A stretch of 64,000 nucleotides of DNA. It comes from an uncultured Acidobacteriota bacterium. Its GTDB lineage: Bacteria; Acidobacteriota; Thermoanaerobaculia; UBA5066; Gp7-AA6. The notes beneath the pieces are model-generated. The model was given only the letters and a program-made list of their open reading frames with translations. It had not been told where the DNA came from and did no database searches. A program made the translations under genes and the position numbers. Of the stretch, positions 35,833 to 45,796 are shown one piece after another. Position 1 is the first letter of the stretch. Each line of letters begins with the position of its first letter. The DNA is taken from positions 4,015,481-4,079,480 of the forward strand of contig CAWDEF010000001.1 of assembly GCA_963801275.1 (NCBI GenBank). The letters are read 5' to 3'.

Positions 35833-37263
35833 ATGCAACCGCTCGAGACGGATGCCGAGGCCCGGGCGGCGGGCATTCTGCTGCACCCGACGTCGTTTCC
35901 CGGCCGGTTCGGAATCGGCGACCTCGGACCCGCGGCCGACGCCTTTCTCGACTGGGCGGCGGCGGCGGGACAGCGGATCTGGCAGGTGCTGCCGCTCGGG
36001 CCAACCGGTTTCGGAAATTCCCCCTACGGCTCGCCCTCGGCCTTCGCGGGAAATCCGCTGCTGATCTCGCCGGAGGTCCTCGCCGAGGAGGGATGGCTGC
36101 CCCGGGCTGCGCTCGATTCGCCGCCCTCCTTCCCGGAGGGACGGGTGGACTTTTCCTCGGTGATCGCGTGGAAGAGGAAGCTCCTGCGCCAGTCCTGGGA
36201 GCGCTTCCGCGCCGCCGCCGCCGCCTCCGACCGCGCGGCGCTCGACGCGTTCCTCTCCGCGCCCGAGCAGGCGGACTGGCTTTCTTCCTGGACGCGGTTT
36301 GCGGCCAGGGGCGCGCGCCCGGACGAGGAGGCGTTCCAGGCCTATCTTCAGTTTCTTTTCTTCAGACAGTGGGACAGGGTCAAGAAGGCCGCCAATGCGC
36401 GTGGAATCGCGGTTCTGGGTGACCTGCCGATCTACGTCGCCCTCGACAGCGCGGACGTGGGGACTCGTCCGGAGCTTTTCGATCTCGACCGGTACGGCGC
36501 TCCGGCATTCGTGTCCGGAGTCCCGCCGGACTACTTCAGCAAGACGGGTCAGCTCTGGGGAAACCCCCTCTACCGCTGGGACCGGCTCGAAGAGGAGGGC
36601 TTCGCCTGGTGGATCGCCCGCATTCGCGCCAACCTGCGCACGTGCGATCTGGTCCGCATCGACCACTTCCGCGGCTTCGCTTCGTACTGGGCCGTTCCCG
36701 CGGGCGCATCGACGGCGGCCCATGGCCGCTGGCTTCCCGGACCCGGCCGCAAGCTCTTCGAAGCCGTGCGGGCGGCGCTCGGCTCCCTGCCGATCGTCGC
36801 CGAAGACCTCGGCTCGATTACCAGTGACGTGCAGGATCTGCTCGCCGATCTCGGGATTCCGGGCATGAAGGTCCTGCAGTTTGGGTTCTCCATCCCGGAC
36901 GGCGAGGACCTGCCCCACTGCCACGTGCCCAACTGCGTCGTTTACACCGGCACGCACGACAACGACACCGCTCGGGGGTGGTACGCGACGCTCGAAGACG
37001 CAGCGCGCGCGCGTGTGCGCGACTACCTCGGCTCCGACGGGCGAGAGATCGCGTGGGACCTGATCCGCGCGGCGTACACTTCAGTGGCGCGGCGGGCGAT
37101 CGTGCCCATGCAGGACGTGCTCGGCCTGGGAAGCGATGCGAGGATGAACACACCTGCCCGACCCTCCGGCAACTGGGAGTGGCGGGTCGGGGAAGGAGGC
37201 TTCCGGGAGGAGGACGCCGCACGCCTGAGGCGCCTGGCGGCTCTGACCGGACGCTTCGAATGA
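35833..37263 (+). CDS. malQ: 4-alpha-glucanotransferase (amylomaltase)
   Basis: GH77 N-terminus GILLHPTSFPGRFGIGDLG..., plus WQVLPLGP and a GNPLYRW-like motif. Confidence 0.85.
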   Translation: MQPLETDAEARAAGILLHPTSFPGRFGIGDLGPAADAFLDWAAAAGQRIWQVLPLGPTGFGNSPYGSPSAFAGNPLLISPEVLAEEGWLPRAALDSPPSFPEGRVDFSSVIAWKRKLLRQSWERFRAAAAASDRAALDAFLSAPEQADWLSSWTRFAARGARPDEEAFQAYLQFLFFRQWDRVKKAANARGIAVLGDLPIYVALDSADVGTRPELFDLDRYGAPAFVSGVPPDYFSKTGQLWGNPLYRWDRLEEEGFAWWIARIRANLRTCDLVRIDHFRGFASYWAVPAGASTAAHGRWLPGPGRKLFEAVRAALGSLPIVAEDLGSITSDVQDLLADLGIPGMKVLQFGFSIPDGEDLPHCHVPNCVVYTGTHDNDTARGWYATLEDAARARVRDYLGSDGREIAWDLIRAAYTSVARRAIVPMQDVLGLGSDARMNTPARPSGNWEWRVGEGGFREEDAARLRRLAALTGRFE

Positions 37264-37442
37264 AGCCGCCCGCAGCACCTTCGGTCGGGTGCGGCGAACC
37301 CGGAGAACAGACCTCGAGGCGCGCCTTCCCTCGCGTGTGGCGGGCCATCGGGGTGGACTCGACGATCGCCCTGCTCTCCGAATAGCGGCCGGCCGGGAAG
37401 AAACCCCCGCCGGGCACCGTTTGTTCGGGGTCGAACACCTCC

Positions 37443-38333
37443 ATGACGAGCCTCTCTCTGGTGCTCCTGGCGCTTCTGCTCGGACTGCCTGCGCGAGCGC
37501 CGGCGGTTTCCGAACCCGTTCCCGCGCCGGCAGATGCGTTGGCGGAGTTGGAGCGTGCCCTCGCTCACGGTTACCTCGATCGCGCGATCCAGGCGGGAGA
37601 GCAGGCCGTGAAGTCCGATCCGGCGGGCTCGGTCGCCCACGACCTGCTCGGCCGGGCCTACGGGCTCAAGGCGAAGGAATCGCAGCTCTTCGAGCAGGCC
37701 CATCTCGCGCGCAAGGCGCAAGCATGCTTCGAGAAGGCGGTTGCGCTCGACCCGAACAACGTCTCGGCCCGATCGGATCTTGCGACCTACGACATGCGTG
37801 CTCCGACATTTCTCGGCGGCGGCATGAAGAAAGCCAGACAGCAAGCCGACGCGGTCTTGCGGCTCGACGCCGCGCGCGGCCACGAGCTCCTGGGAGAGCT
37901 TGCCGAAAGGGAGAAGGACCTGGTGGAGGCGGAAGTCGAGTTCCGAAAGGCGGTCGAAGCCTCCCCGCCAGGGCAGCTTCGGGCCCGGAGGGCTCTTTCG
38001 GACTTTCTCGTTCGGCACGGCCGCTTTCCCTCGGCGAGGCAGCTGTGGCTCGAGCTGAGGAACGGCGCCCGCAAGAACGCGGCGGGCTTCGAGCTGGCGG
38101 AAATCGCGCTCGCCTCGGGGACCGGGATTGCCGAGGCGACGAGGGATCTGGCTGCCGGTCTCGCCTCGGCGGAGGCCTGGATCGACCCGAGCCGTGCCGA
38201 GGCGTACGAACGCCTGGCGGCGCTGGAACAGAAGCTCGGAAGGACGGAGCGCGCCCGCGCGGATCTTCAGGAGGCGTTGCGGCTCGAGCCCTACCGCACC
38301 GAGTGGAGGCGCTCGCTGGCCCGTTTGCACTGA
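37443..38333 (+). CDS. Tetratricopeptide-repeat protein, secreted
   Basis: Signal peptide. Repeated A-x-x-x-Y...A TPR-like helices. Confidence 0.55.
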   Translation: MTSLSLVLLALLLGLPARAPAVSEPVPAPADALAELERALAHGYLDRAIQAGEQAVKSDPAGSVAHDLLGRAYGLKAKESQLFEQAHLARKAQACFEKAVALDPNNVSARSDLATYDMRAPTFLGGGMKKARQQADAVLRLDAARGHELLGELAEREKDLVEAEVEFRKAVEASPPGQLRARRALSDFLVRHGRFPSARQLWLELRNGARKNAAGFELAEIALASGTGIAEATRDLAAGLASAEAWIDPSRAEAYERLAALEQKLGRTERARADLQEALRLEPYRTEWRRSLARLH

Positions 38334-38494
38334 GGCCGCTCGGGAGCGGCAGGTTCCCGCCGAAAGCCCCGGGCCCACTTCCGGTAGAGTGGCTGCAGCA
38401 ATTCCAGGGGAGGTGCCCGGGGGGGTCGTCGGCTGCGCCGGTTCGTTCGCCGAGTCTCAAGTCCGTCTTTTCGGTTCTCGAGAAGGAGGAAGAG

Positions 38495-38854
38495 ATGGTT
38501 GCAACCTTTTCCAAGGTGGCCGGGATCGTTCAGCTCGTCCTCGGTCTGGTGGGGCAGTTCGCTCCTGGAATCGCGTCGGCTCTCGGCTCGGGCGCCGGCG
38601 GGAACGTCTTCAACATCGTCTCGGGCGGGGTGCTCTCCTACCTCGGAATGAAGGGTACCGAGAGCGGGCAGCGCACGGGCGCACAGGTGCTCGGGGGCTT
38701 GAACGGAATCGTCGGACTGCTCGGCATGCTGGGCGTCAACAACCTGGCGGGAATGACGATGAACCCGGGCATGGGCGCCAACATCGTCAATCTCTTGATC
38801 GGCGCCTGGGGCCTCTACGCGGGTTTCGCGGAAAAGAAGACGATCGCCGCCTAG
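38495..38854 (+). CDS. Small Gly-rich membrane protein
   Basis: RBS AAGGAGG. 119 aa with 3-4 TM helices. Confidence 0.45.
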   Translation: MVATFSKVAGIVQLVLGLVGQFAPGIASALGSGAGGNVFNIVSGGVLSYLGMKGTESGQRTGAQVLGGLNGIVGLLGMLGVNNLAGMTMNPGMGANIVNLLIGAWGLYAGFAEKKTIAA

Positions 38855-38923
38855 GCTTTCCGGTTCGGATCGAGAAAGGCCGAGGGCCGGCTGGCGACCG
38901 GCCCCACCCCTCTCCGACCGCCC

Positions 38924-40543
38924 TCACGGCGTCGGCGCCGCGATCACGCCTTCCGCCAGGACGATTTCGACTCGACGGTTCCTGGCCCGCCCTTCCCGGG
39001 TGTCGTTCGAGGCGACAGGATAAAGGGCGCCGTAACCCACTCCGGTCATGTGCGACTCCGGGACTCCCTGGGTCTTCAGGAAGGCGATGACGGAGGCCGA
39101 GCGGTCGTTCGAGAGCTTGTCGTTGATCGCAGCCGTCCCGGTCGAGTCGGTATATCCCTCCACGCGCAGGTTGAGGTTCGGGAAGACGGACAGCACGCCG
39201 GCGAGCTTTGCGAGCGTGACCTGCGTCTGCGGCTTCAGCGTGGCCTTGTTCGTGTCGAAGAGGATGTCGGGAAGGCTGACGACGACCCCGCGCGCGGTGT
39301 TGCGCGTCTCGGCCACGCTGGCAAGCGCTCCGATCAACCGCTCCGCGAGCGCATCGCGCTCGGCTTTGACGCGCTCATTGGCTGCGGCGAGCTCGGCCAT
39401 CTGCGCCTCGAGCTCCTTCTTCTGCAGGTCGAGCGCGGCCGCCGTGGCGGCCAGGTCGGCCTTGGCCCTTTCCGCGGCATCTTTCTGCGCCGCGAGCTCC
39501 GCGATCTCGGACTCGAGCTGGCTCTTCTGGGCGGCCAGCGCGGCGGCCGCGGCGGCCATCTCCGCCTTGGAACGCTCGGCCTCGCCCTTCTCCATTTCCG
39601 CCTGGGTCCGCAAGGCGTCGGCGCGCTTTTCGGCTTCCTCGGCCTGTTGCCGCGCGGCATCCGCCGCGGCGGCGCTCTGCTGCGCCGCGGCCGCCTTCTG
39701 TGAGAGGGCGTCGACCTCGGCCTTGCGTCTGGCGGCGGCCTCGGCCTCGGCCTTCTCCTGTTGCGCCTTGTACATCGTCCGGGCCGCGGCCGTCACCAGG
39801 GCGGTCGTCCGCCGCGCGTAGTCGGTCACGACCTTGCGGCTGCCCCCTGTTCCCTGCGAGTTGGTCGCCTGGGCGAGCGTGGTTTCCGCCTCGCGCATCG
39901 CCTTTTCGTCGTACTTCTCGAGGCCCGCCTCCTTGCCCATCTCCACGGCCTTGCGCGCCTGATAGAGCGCCAGGGGCTCCTGGCCCTGCCACCGCAAGGC
40001 GCCGATCGACTCCCGGTCGTGCTTGACGACCGGGCCGAAGGCCGAGAAGGCGAGCGTGGAGTTCTGCGCGAACCTGTTCTTGGTGGCACCCGACCAGAAC
40101 ACGACCATGTCCGAGGGACGCCAGATGCCGGCGAGCGGCTCGGCCGTGACCAACATCGCGAATTCCTTCATGCCGGTCTGGAAGCGGCCGCTGCCGCTCT
40201 CTCCGTCGGCCACGAGCTCGCCCATGTTTTCGACGATGCCGGCCCGCGAGACGGCCCAGAGGACGTAGGCGGTGACGTTGCCCCCGAAGAGAACCGCCGG
40301 CTGCAAACGCTTGAAGGAGACGTCGATACGCGCCTGTCCCTCGGAGACCTTGACGTCGGCCTCGAGGGTCGCGCCGTCGGGCGCCCGGTTGGTGGTGATG
40401 AAGGGCACCTCGACGCTGCGCTTGTCGGGATACTGAACGACGTTGAACGACCACTGGCTGGCGACGGCGGCGCGAGGCGCCGCGAAGATGGCGAGAAGCG
40501 CGGCCAGCCCCCGCGCTCGCAAACCCCTCGGGATTCGAATCAT
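38924..40543 (-). CDS. OmpA-family protein with central Ala/Glu-rich coiled coil and C-terminal OmpA/MotB peptidoglycan-binding domain
   Basis: Signal peptide, long AEAEAAARRKAEVD... coiled coil, and C-terminus GYTDSTGTAAINDKLSNDRSASV...RNRRVEIVL. Confidence 0.75.
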   Translation of the reverse strand: MIRIPRGLRARGLAALLAIFAAPRAAVASQWSFNVVQYPDKRSVEVPFITTNRAPDGATLEADVKVSEGQARIDVSFKRLQPAVLFGGNVTAYVLWAVSRAGIVENMGELVADGESGSGRFQTGMKEFAMLVTAEPLAGIWRPSDMVVFWSGATKNRFAQNSTLAFSAFGPVVKHDRESIGALRWQGQEPLALYQARKAVEMGKEAGLEKYDEKAMREAETTLAQATNSQGTGGSRKVVTDYARRTTALVTAAARTMYKAQQEKAEAEAAARRKAEVDALSQKAAAAQQSAAAADAARQQAEEAEKRADALRTQAEMEKGEAERSKAEMAAAAAALAAQKSQLESEIAELAAQKDAAERAKADLAATAAALDLQKKELEAQMAELAAANERVKAERDALAERLIGALASVAETRNTARGVVVSLPDILFDTNKATLKPQTQVTLAKLAGVLSVFPNLNLRVEGYTDSTGTAAINDKLSNDRSASVIAFLKTQGVPESHMTGVGYGALYPVASNDTREGRARNRRVEIVLAEGVIAAPTP

Positions 40544-40665
40544 GAGCCCTCTCCTTTCCCTTGACGAACCGCGTACCGTACCAGATCCGGAGCCGGCCGG
40601 CAGCCGACGACCAGGTTTTCGGATAGAGTCGGGGCAAGCTCGTCCGACAGATTAAGGAGGCAGGC

Positions 40666-41217
40666 ATGCTCACGCTGCTCTCGAAAAACTGGTGGGTCTT
40701 CCTCGTCCGGGGTCTGGCCGCAATCCTCTTCGGGCTCGTGGCCTTCACCCTGCCCGGCATGACGGTGGCGACCCTGGTGATCTTCTTCGGAGCCTGGGCC
40801 CTCGTGGGCGGAATCTTCGCGCTGGTCGGCGCCTTCGGAGCATCGAAGACCCACCGCACCTGGTGGATCCTGCTGCTGCAGGGTCTGCTCGGGATCGCCG
40901 TCGGCGTCTTGACGTTCGCGCAGCCGGCGATCACCGCGCTGGCGATCCTCTACTACCTCGCCTTCTGGTGTCTATTCACCGGGCTGGTCGAGATTGTGAC
41001 GGCCATCCGTTTGCGCAAGGAAATTCAGGGCGAGGGGTGGATCATGCTGGCGGGAGCGCTCTCGGTGCTGTTCGGACTGCTGCTGCTTGCGCGCCCGGGA
41101 GCGGGGGCGCTCGCGCTGATCACGGTGATCGGGGCCTACGCGGTGGTCTTCGGGATCGTGCTGGTGATGGCCTCGTTCCGCTTGAAGAAGCTGCAGCCTC
41201 GCACCGCCGCCGCCTAG
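40666..41217 (+). CDS. HdeD-family (DUF308) membrane protein
   Basis: WWVFLVRGLAAILFGLVAF... with repeated DUF308 units across 6 TM helices. Confidence 0.6.
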   Translation: MLTLLSKNWWVFLVRGLAAILFGLVAFTLPGMTVATLVIFFGAWALVGGIFALVGAFGASKTHRTWWILLLQGLLGIAVGVLTFAQPAITALAILYYLAFWCLFTGLVEIVTAIRLRKEIQGEGWIMLAGALSVLFGLLLLARPGAGALALITVIGAYAVVFGIVLVMASFRLKKLQPRTAAA

Positions 41218-41236
41218 AGACGCCGGGCCCCGGGGC

Positions 41237-42382
41237 TCAATAGCCCGGAAACTGGAAGCTGTCGCCCGTCGAGGGGCCGTGCCAGTGGCCCTGGTTGATG
41301 TCGTACTGCCAGCCGAAGGCGGTGTACGGGATGCGGATGACGTCGAGGATCGTCAGCGCGAGCCGGCCCCACCAGCGGTCTTCCGGCATTCCGACTCCGC
41401 GCGCGATCTCCGCCAGGTCGAGGCCGATCTCGAACCCCACCTGCCGCTCCCGCAGCTCCGGGATCGCCGAGGGGTATCCCTTGACGCCATAGGTGACACC
41501 GACCAGGAGAAAACGCGCGAGCCCGAAACGGGTGTTCATGCGGCGGGAAAGGCCTGAGAGTCGCACGTCGGCCGAGTAGATCTCCTTGGTGTAGTCCTTG
41601 CCCCCGAGGGAGGGGACCCAGTACGGCTCCGGAGTGTGCGGCGCCGGGACGGTTCCGGCCCGGAAGACGATCAGATCGTTGAGGCGGAATCGGGCGAGGG
41701 CGTAGGCGGCCGCCGCGCCGGCCGTGTCCATGACGAGGTCCTCGTAGGAGAAGCCGTAGCGGTTGGTGCCGTCGCCAATCTCCGTGGCGAGGCCTGCCAG
41801 TGCCGCCACGCCCGAGCCGAGCGTATAGGACTGCCGCTGCGATTCGTCGAGCGTCTCGTAAACGCTGGTCATCAGGCGCGAGACCGCGTAGTAGGAAACG
41901 AAGTGTGACGCCTTGTCGCCGCCGCCTTCGTAGGTGTTGCGCCCGAACCACCCTTCGCTCGTGAAGTGGTAGGGATAGCTCGGTTTGTCGGAGAAGGCGT
42001 TGTAGGCCGACCCCGCGACGGCGAAGACGGAGACGAGGCCTACGAGAAGCTTCTGGCGCCCGGCCGGCATGCGCGGAAACATGAGCGGCTTCCGGGGGGC
42101 CTCGACGGTGATCGGTCCGATGGAAGGCGTCGGCGGAAAACAGAGAGCGAGCCGGAAGGCCTCGTCGGGGGTCTCCCCCGTGGCGAGCGCTTCCAGAGAC
42201 GGCTCTCCGAGGCTGAAGGCCTGCGGCCCCGGGGTCGAGAACGGGTTGTCGGGCAGGCCCCCAGCGGAGAAGAGTTGAAACTCGGACGCCCGGAGTGCGG
42301 TCGCGCGAGACGCGAAGAGCGCGACCGCCGCGGCCAGCACCGCCATCGCGCTCCGGGCAGGCCTTTGATCGCGGACCGACAC
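41237..42382 (-). CDS. Hypothetical secreted protein (DUF2279-like?)
   Basis: Signal peptide. Conserved-looking GGGDKASHFVSYYAVS. Confidence 0.4.
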   Translation of the reverse strand: MSVRDQRPARSAMAVLAAAVALFASRATALRASEFQLFSAGGLPDNPFSTPGPQAFSLGEPSLEALATGETPDEAFRLALCFPPTPSIGPITVEAPRKPLMFPRMPAGRQKLLVGLVSVFAVAGSAYNAFSDKPSYPYHFTSEGWFGRNTYEGGGDKASHFVSYYAVSRLMTSVYETLDESQRQSYTLGSGVAALAGLATEIGDGTNRYGFSYEDLVMDTAGAAAAYALARFRLNDLIVFRAGTVPAPHTPEPYWVPSLGGKDYTKEIYSADVRLSGLSRRMNTRFGLARFLLVGVTYGVKGYPSAIPELRERQVGFEIGLDLAEIARGVGMPEDRWWGRLALTILDVIRIPYTAFGWQYDINQGHWHGPSTGDSFQFPGY

Positions 42383-42611
42383 CCTCGTTCAACCTCCAGG
42401 GATTTCCCGGATCCGCCCGTCGGGCGGGCCCGGGAGCGACATTTTCGGCTCCGGGGAATCCGGACTCAACTGCGGCGCTCCGGCGCGACGGCAGGGGAGT
42501 CTACCCGAAGGCGGCCTCGGCCGGGAGGACCCTCACCGCGGACCGCAACGCCTGGCGGCTGCCTTCCCGATTGCCGGTGTCGCGGGAAGCCCGCCGGTGG
42601 ACGAGGATCAG

Positions 42612-43121
42612 CTATTGGGACGCCGCCTTGGGTGGGAAATCCGCGAAGAGCCGGTCGAGGGCGATCTGCGCCTTCTGGCGAGCGAGCCCACCGGCCGGGG
42701 GAACGGTTCCCTCCGCCACGCCGCGCCAGACCATCTGGTTGGTCTTCGGGTCCACGATGCTGACGACGAGCGCTCCGATGGGCATCGTTCCGGTCGGCTC
42801 TGCGGACGCAGACCCTGTCCACCAGCTCGTGTCGTACGTCGGCTCCGGGACTTCGGCGGAATTGCGCATGAGCTGCGGGTCGACCACGAGGTCGGGGTTC
42901 TGGTCGACCGGCCGAAGGCCCTTGGCTTCGAGGCGCTTGGTGATTTCCTGAGTGAGCAGGGCCTCGTTACTGGTCTGGAGTGTCGCTCCCTTGATCTGGA
43001 AGGTCTTGTAATTCGAAAAATCCGCCTTCGGGTTGGCGTGAATGCTCGTGTTGAGCGTGTTCGCGCAGGCCGGAGCGAGCGCGGCCACGAGGAGCAAGGG
43101 AAGAACCCTGGCGCGGCGCAT
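42612..43121 (-). CDS. DUF4136-like lipoprotein
   Basis: Lipobox LAPAC. Start ATG overlaps the stop of the upstream gene (TGATG). Confidence 0.5.
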   Translation of the reverse strand: MRRARVLPLLLVAALAPACANTLNTSIHANPKADFSNYKTFQIKGATLQTSNEALLTQEITKRLEAKGLRPVDQNPDLVVDPQLMRNSAEVPEPTYDTSWWTGSASAEPTGTMPIGALVVSIVDPKTNQMVWRGVAEGTVPPAGGLARQKAQIALDRLFADFPPKAASQ

Positions 43122-43903
43122 CAGAACTTCGCCACGAGACCGATCGCCGTGATCGTGTCGGTCTTGTCGTACGCGGGGATGCGCAGGGGCGGGAGGTTGT
43201 CGTAGAGGTACGTAAAGGAGGCCTTCAGGGCGAAGATCGACGTCAGGTTGGCCGTCACGGCCGTCGTGCTGCGAAGGTACCAGTCCGTCGTGTCGTCGAG
43301 GTTGTCGGTCCACGAGAAGACCTCCGTCAATTCCGCGCTCTTGGAGAATTTCCAGCCGAAGTCTATCCCCGCCGCCGCCGTCGCGTAGCTAAACGCCGGA
43401 TTGACGGCAGGCGGGGTGTCGACGGGATCCTCGCGCGCATATCCGAAAGCGGCCTGAACGCGGAGCCTGATCTTCTTCTCGTCGAGAATCTTGTAGCCGG
43501 CTCCCGCCTCGCCCCCATAGCGGCTCGCGATGCCGGCGAAGATGTTCCGGAAGTAGAGCGCGCCGGCGAAGACGTCGAGGCGGGGAGTCAGGTCCCGCGA
43601 GGCGCGTAGCCCGCCGGCGAAGGTCTCGGCCGTCAACTCTCCGTCCGTCGAGGCGCGCAGGTAGGCGGCCTTCAGCGTGAAGAGCCACGGCGTCGGCTTG
43701 TAGTTGACCTCGAGCGCGCTGCCCAGGCTGGAGGTGTCCGTGTTGCCGCTCGTGCCGGAATAAGACAGCTCGGCGGTGCCGAACCAGAGCGGCGGAGGAG
43801 GCTCCGGGGGCGGAGGACAGGGGCACGGCGTTTGAGCCGGCGCGGCCGCTGCCAGGGCGGCCCAGAGGAAGGCAGTGGCCAGTGTGGCGTGACGTCGGGG
43901 CAT
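43121..43903 (-). CDS. DUF481-like outer-membrane beta-barrel protein
   Basis: RBS AAGGAGG and a signal peptide. Alternating beta-strand pattern ending in F. Confidence 0.5.
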   Translation of the reverse strand: MPRRHATLATAFLWAALAAAAPAQTPCPCPPPPEPPPPLWFGTAELSYSGTSGNTDTSSLGSALEVNYKPTPWLFTLKAAYLRASTDGELTAETFAGGLRASRDLTPRLDVFAGALYFRNIFAGIASRYGGEAGAGYKILDEKKIRLRVQAAFGYAREDPVDTPPAVNPAFSYATAAAGIDFGWKFSKSAELTEVFSWTDNLDDTTDWYLRSTTAVTANLTSIFALKASFTYLYDNLPPLRIPAYDKTDTITAIGLVAKF

Positions 43904-44063
43904 TGTTGAACCTCCTTCGGCGGATGACGCGAGAGGCGGCAGTCTACCGCGGCGGCCGACGCAAGATCCGTCCTGTCCAGGCGTTCGGGACGCGACGGTC
44001 GCGGGCTGGACCACCGGGTGCCTTTGCGGAAGAATCCGGGCAACGCAGCCGCGGGAAGAGGAG

Positions 44064-45320
44064 GTGGCCGTGGACCGAAGAGAGTTTCTCGCCCGCTCGA
44101 CGGCCGCCGTTCCGGCCACCCTCGGGAGGGCAGGCTCGGCGTCCGGCGCCGTTGCCGCCGAGCCCGCGGCGGGTAAGACCTTCGACGTCGCGGTGATCGG
44201 CGCGGGAGCCTTTGGCGCCTGGACGGCCTGGTTTCTGGCGCGGTCGGGTCGCTCCGTCATCCTGATCGACGCCTACGGGCCGGGCAACAGCCGCGCGAGC
44301 TCCGGCGGCGAGACGCGCGTGATCCGGATGGGCTACGGCGCCGACGAGTGGTACACGCGCTGGTCCGGACGGTCGCTCGGGCTCTGGAAGGACGTGGCCG
44401 CCTCGTCCGGCCAGCGGCTCTTCTACGCGACGGGCGTTCTCTGGATGGCCCGGGGCGAGGACCCGCTCACGGTAGAGACACTTGCGACACTCTCGCGCCT
44501 GAACGTGCCCCACGAGAAGCTCACGCGGCCGGCGCTCGAGACTCGTTGGAAGCAGATCGATTTCGGGCCGGTGACCTGGGGAATCTACGAGCCCGAGAGC
44601 GGCGCTCTCATGGCGCGTCGAGCCGTCCAGGCCGTCGCCGTGGAAGCGGCGCGGGAGGGTGCCGCGCGACTCACGGGTTCGGCCAGGCCGCCCGCGTCCG
44701 GTTCCGGCCGGCTCGGCGCGATCTCTCTGCAGGACGGCTCGCGGATTGCCGCCAAGGACTTCGTGTTCGCCTGCGGGCCCTGGCTGCCCAAGCTCTTTCC
44801 CGCGCTTCTCGGCGAGCGCATCTTTCCCACGCGGCAGGAAGTCTTCTACTTCGGTCCGCCGGCCGGCGACACGCGCTTTTCGCCGCCCGCGATGCCCGTC
44901 TGGGTGGACTTCGCGGAGGAAATCTATGGCCTGCCGGACATCGAGAATCGGGGGTTCAAGATCGCGCCCGACCGGCACGGTCCGCCCTTCGACCCGGACA
45001 CGGGGGAGCGGCGCGTGACGGCGGAAGGCGTCGCGTCCGCTCGGGAGTTTCTGGCCCGGCGCTTCCCGGCCCTGAAAGACGCCCCTCTGGTCTCGAGCGA
45101 GGTCTGCCAGTACGAGAACTCTTCCAACGGCGACTTTCTGATCGACCGTCATCCGGACCGGGAGAACGTGTGGCTCGTGGGCGGCGGATCGGGGCACGGT
45201 TTCAAGCACGGCCCGGCGGTCGGGGAGTACGTGGCCGCCCGGATCGCCGACGGACAGGCCGTGGACCCGAAGGTCGCGCTCTCGACGAAGGAGAAGGTCC
45301 AGAAGCGCACGGTCTTCTGA
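44064..45320 (+). CDS. Tat-exported FAD-dependent oxidoreductase (sarcosine oxidase / N-methyltryptophan oxidase-like DAO family)
   Basis: RREFLA twin-arginine motif, then VAVIGAGAFGAWTAWFLARSG Rossmann motif. Confidence 0.7.
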   Translation: MAVDRREFLARSTAAVPATLGRAGSASGAVAAEPAAGKTFDVAVIGAGAFGAWTAWFLARSGRSVILIDAYGPGNSRASSGGETRVIRMGYGADEWYTRWSGRSLGLWKDVAASSGQRLFYATGVLWMARGEDPLTVETLATLSRLNVPHEKLTRPALETRWKQIDFGPVTWGIYEPESGALMARRAVQAVAVEAAREGAARLTGSARPPASGSGRLGAISLQDGSRIAAKDFVFACGPWLPKLFPALLGERIFPTRQEVFYFGPPAGDTRFSPPAMPVWVDFAEEIYGLPDIENRGFKIAPDRHGPPFDPDTGERRVTAEGVASAREFLARRFPALKDAPLVSSEVCQYENSSNGDFLIDRHPDRENVWLVGGGSGHGFKHGPAVGEYVAARIADGQAVDPKVALSTKEKVQKRTVF

Positions 45321-45386
45321 GGTTGGGCGAAAGCACGGCGGACGGGATCACGCCCGGCCGCCGTGCAGGGAGAAGAGCTTGCGGGT

Positions 45387-45731
45387 CTACTGGTGTGGTG
45401 CGTGGGAGTCGGCCGCGAAGCAGGTGTTGGTGCCCTCCTGGCACATCACGACGTACACTTCCTTCTTGCCGCAACCGTCGACGCCGATGGTGTACTCGAG
45501 CCTCGTGACGCCTTCGCGAGCCATCCACACGCCGCCCTGAATCGCCGGCTGGATGTAGTCGCTCGAGAGCACCGTCGTCGTCACGTTCGGGCAGCTCATG
45601 TCGAACTGGCCGCGCTTCTGGGCGGCATTCACTGCCGCGGCCTGGCCCTGCTGCAGAACCTGCGACTGGCTGGCGCAGCCGGCTGTCAGGACGATGGCGG
45701 AAAAGGTCAGGAGGATTCCCTTCGTCTTCAT
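45387..45731 (-). CDS. Small lipoprotein
   Basis: RBS AGGAG. Lipobox LTAGC. 4 Cys. Confidence 0.4.
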   Translation of the reverse strand: MKTKGILLTFSAIVLTAGCASQSQVLQQGQAAAVNAAQKRGQFDMSCPNVTTTVLSSDYIQPAIQGGVWMAREGVTRLEYTIGVDGCGKKEVYVVMCQEGTNTCFAADSHAPHQ

Positions 45732-45796
45732 TCGCGTCTCCTTTTTCCTAATCATATGAGAAGCGGCGCCGTGCGCTCCAGACCGGCGAAGAGCGG

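Noticed and set aside
34768-36957. 729-aa minus-strand ORF antisense to malQ
   Set aside because: Low-complexity Arg/Gly-rich sequence. malQ on the plus strand has GH77 motifs.
39375-40934. 519-aa minus-strand ORF overlapping the OmpA-family gene in another frame
   Set aside because: Gly/Arg-rich sequence. The 38924-40543 frame has a signal peptide, coiled coil and OmpA domain.
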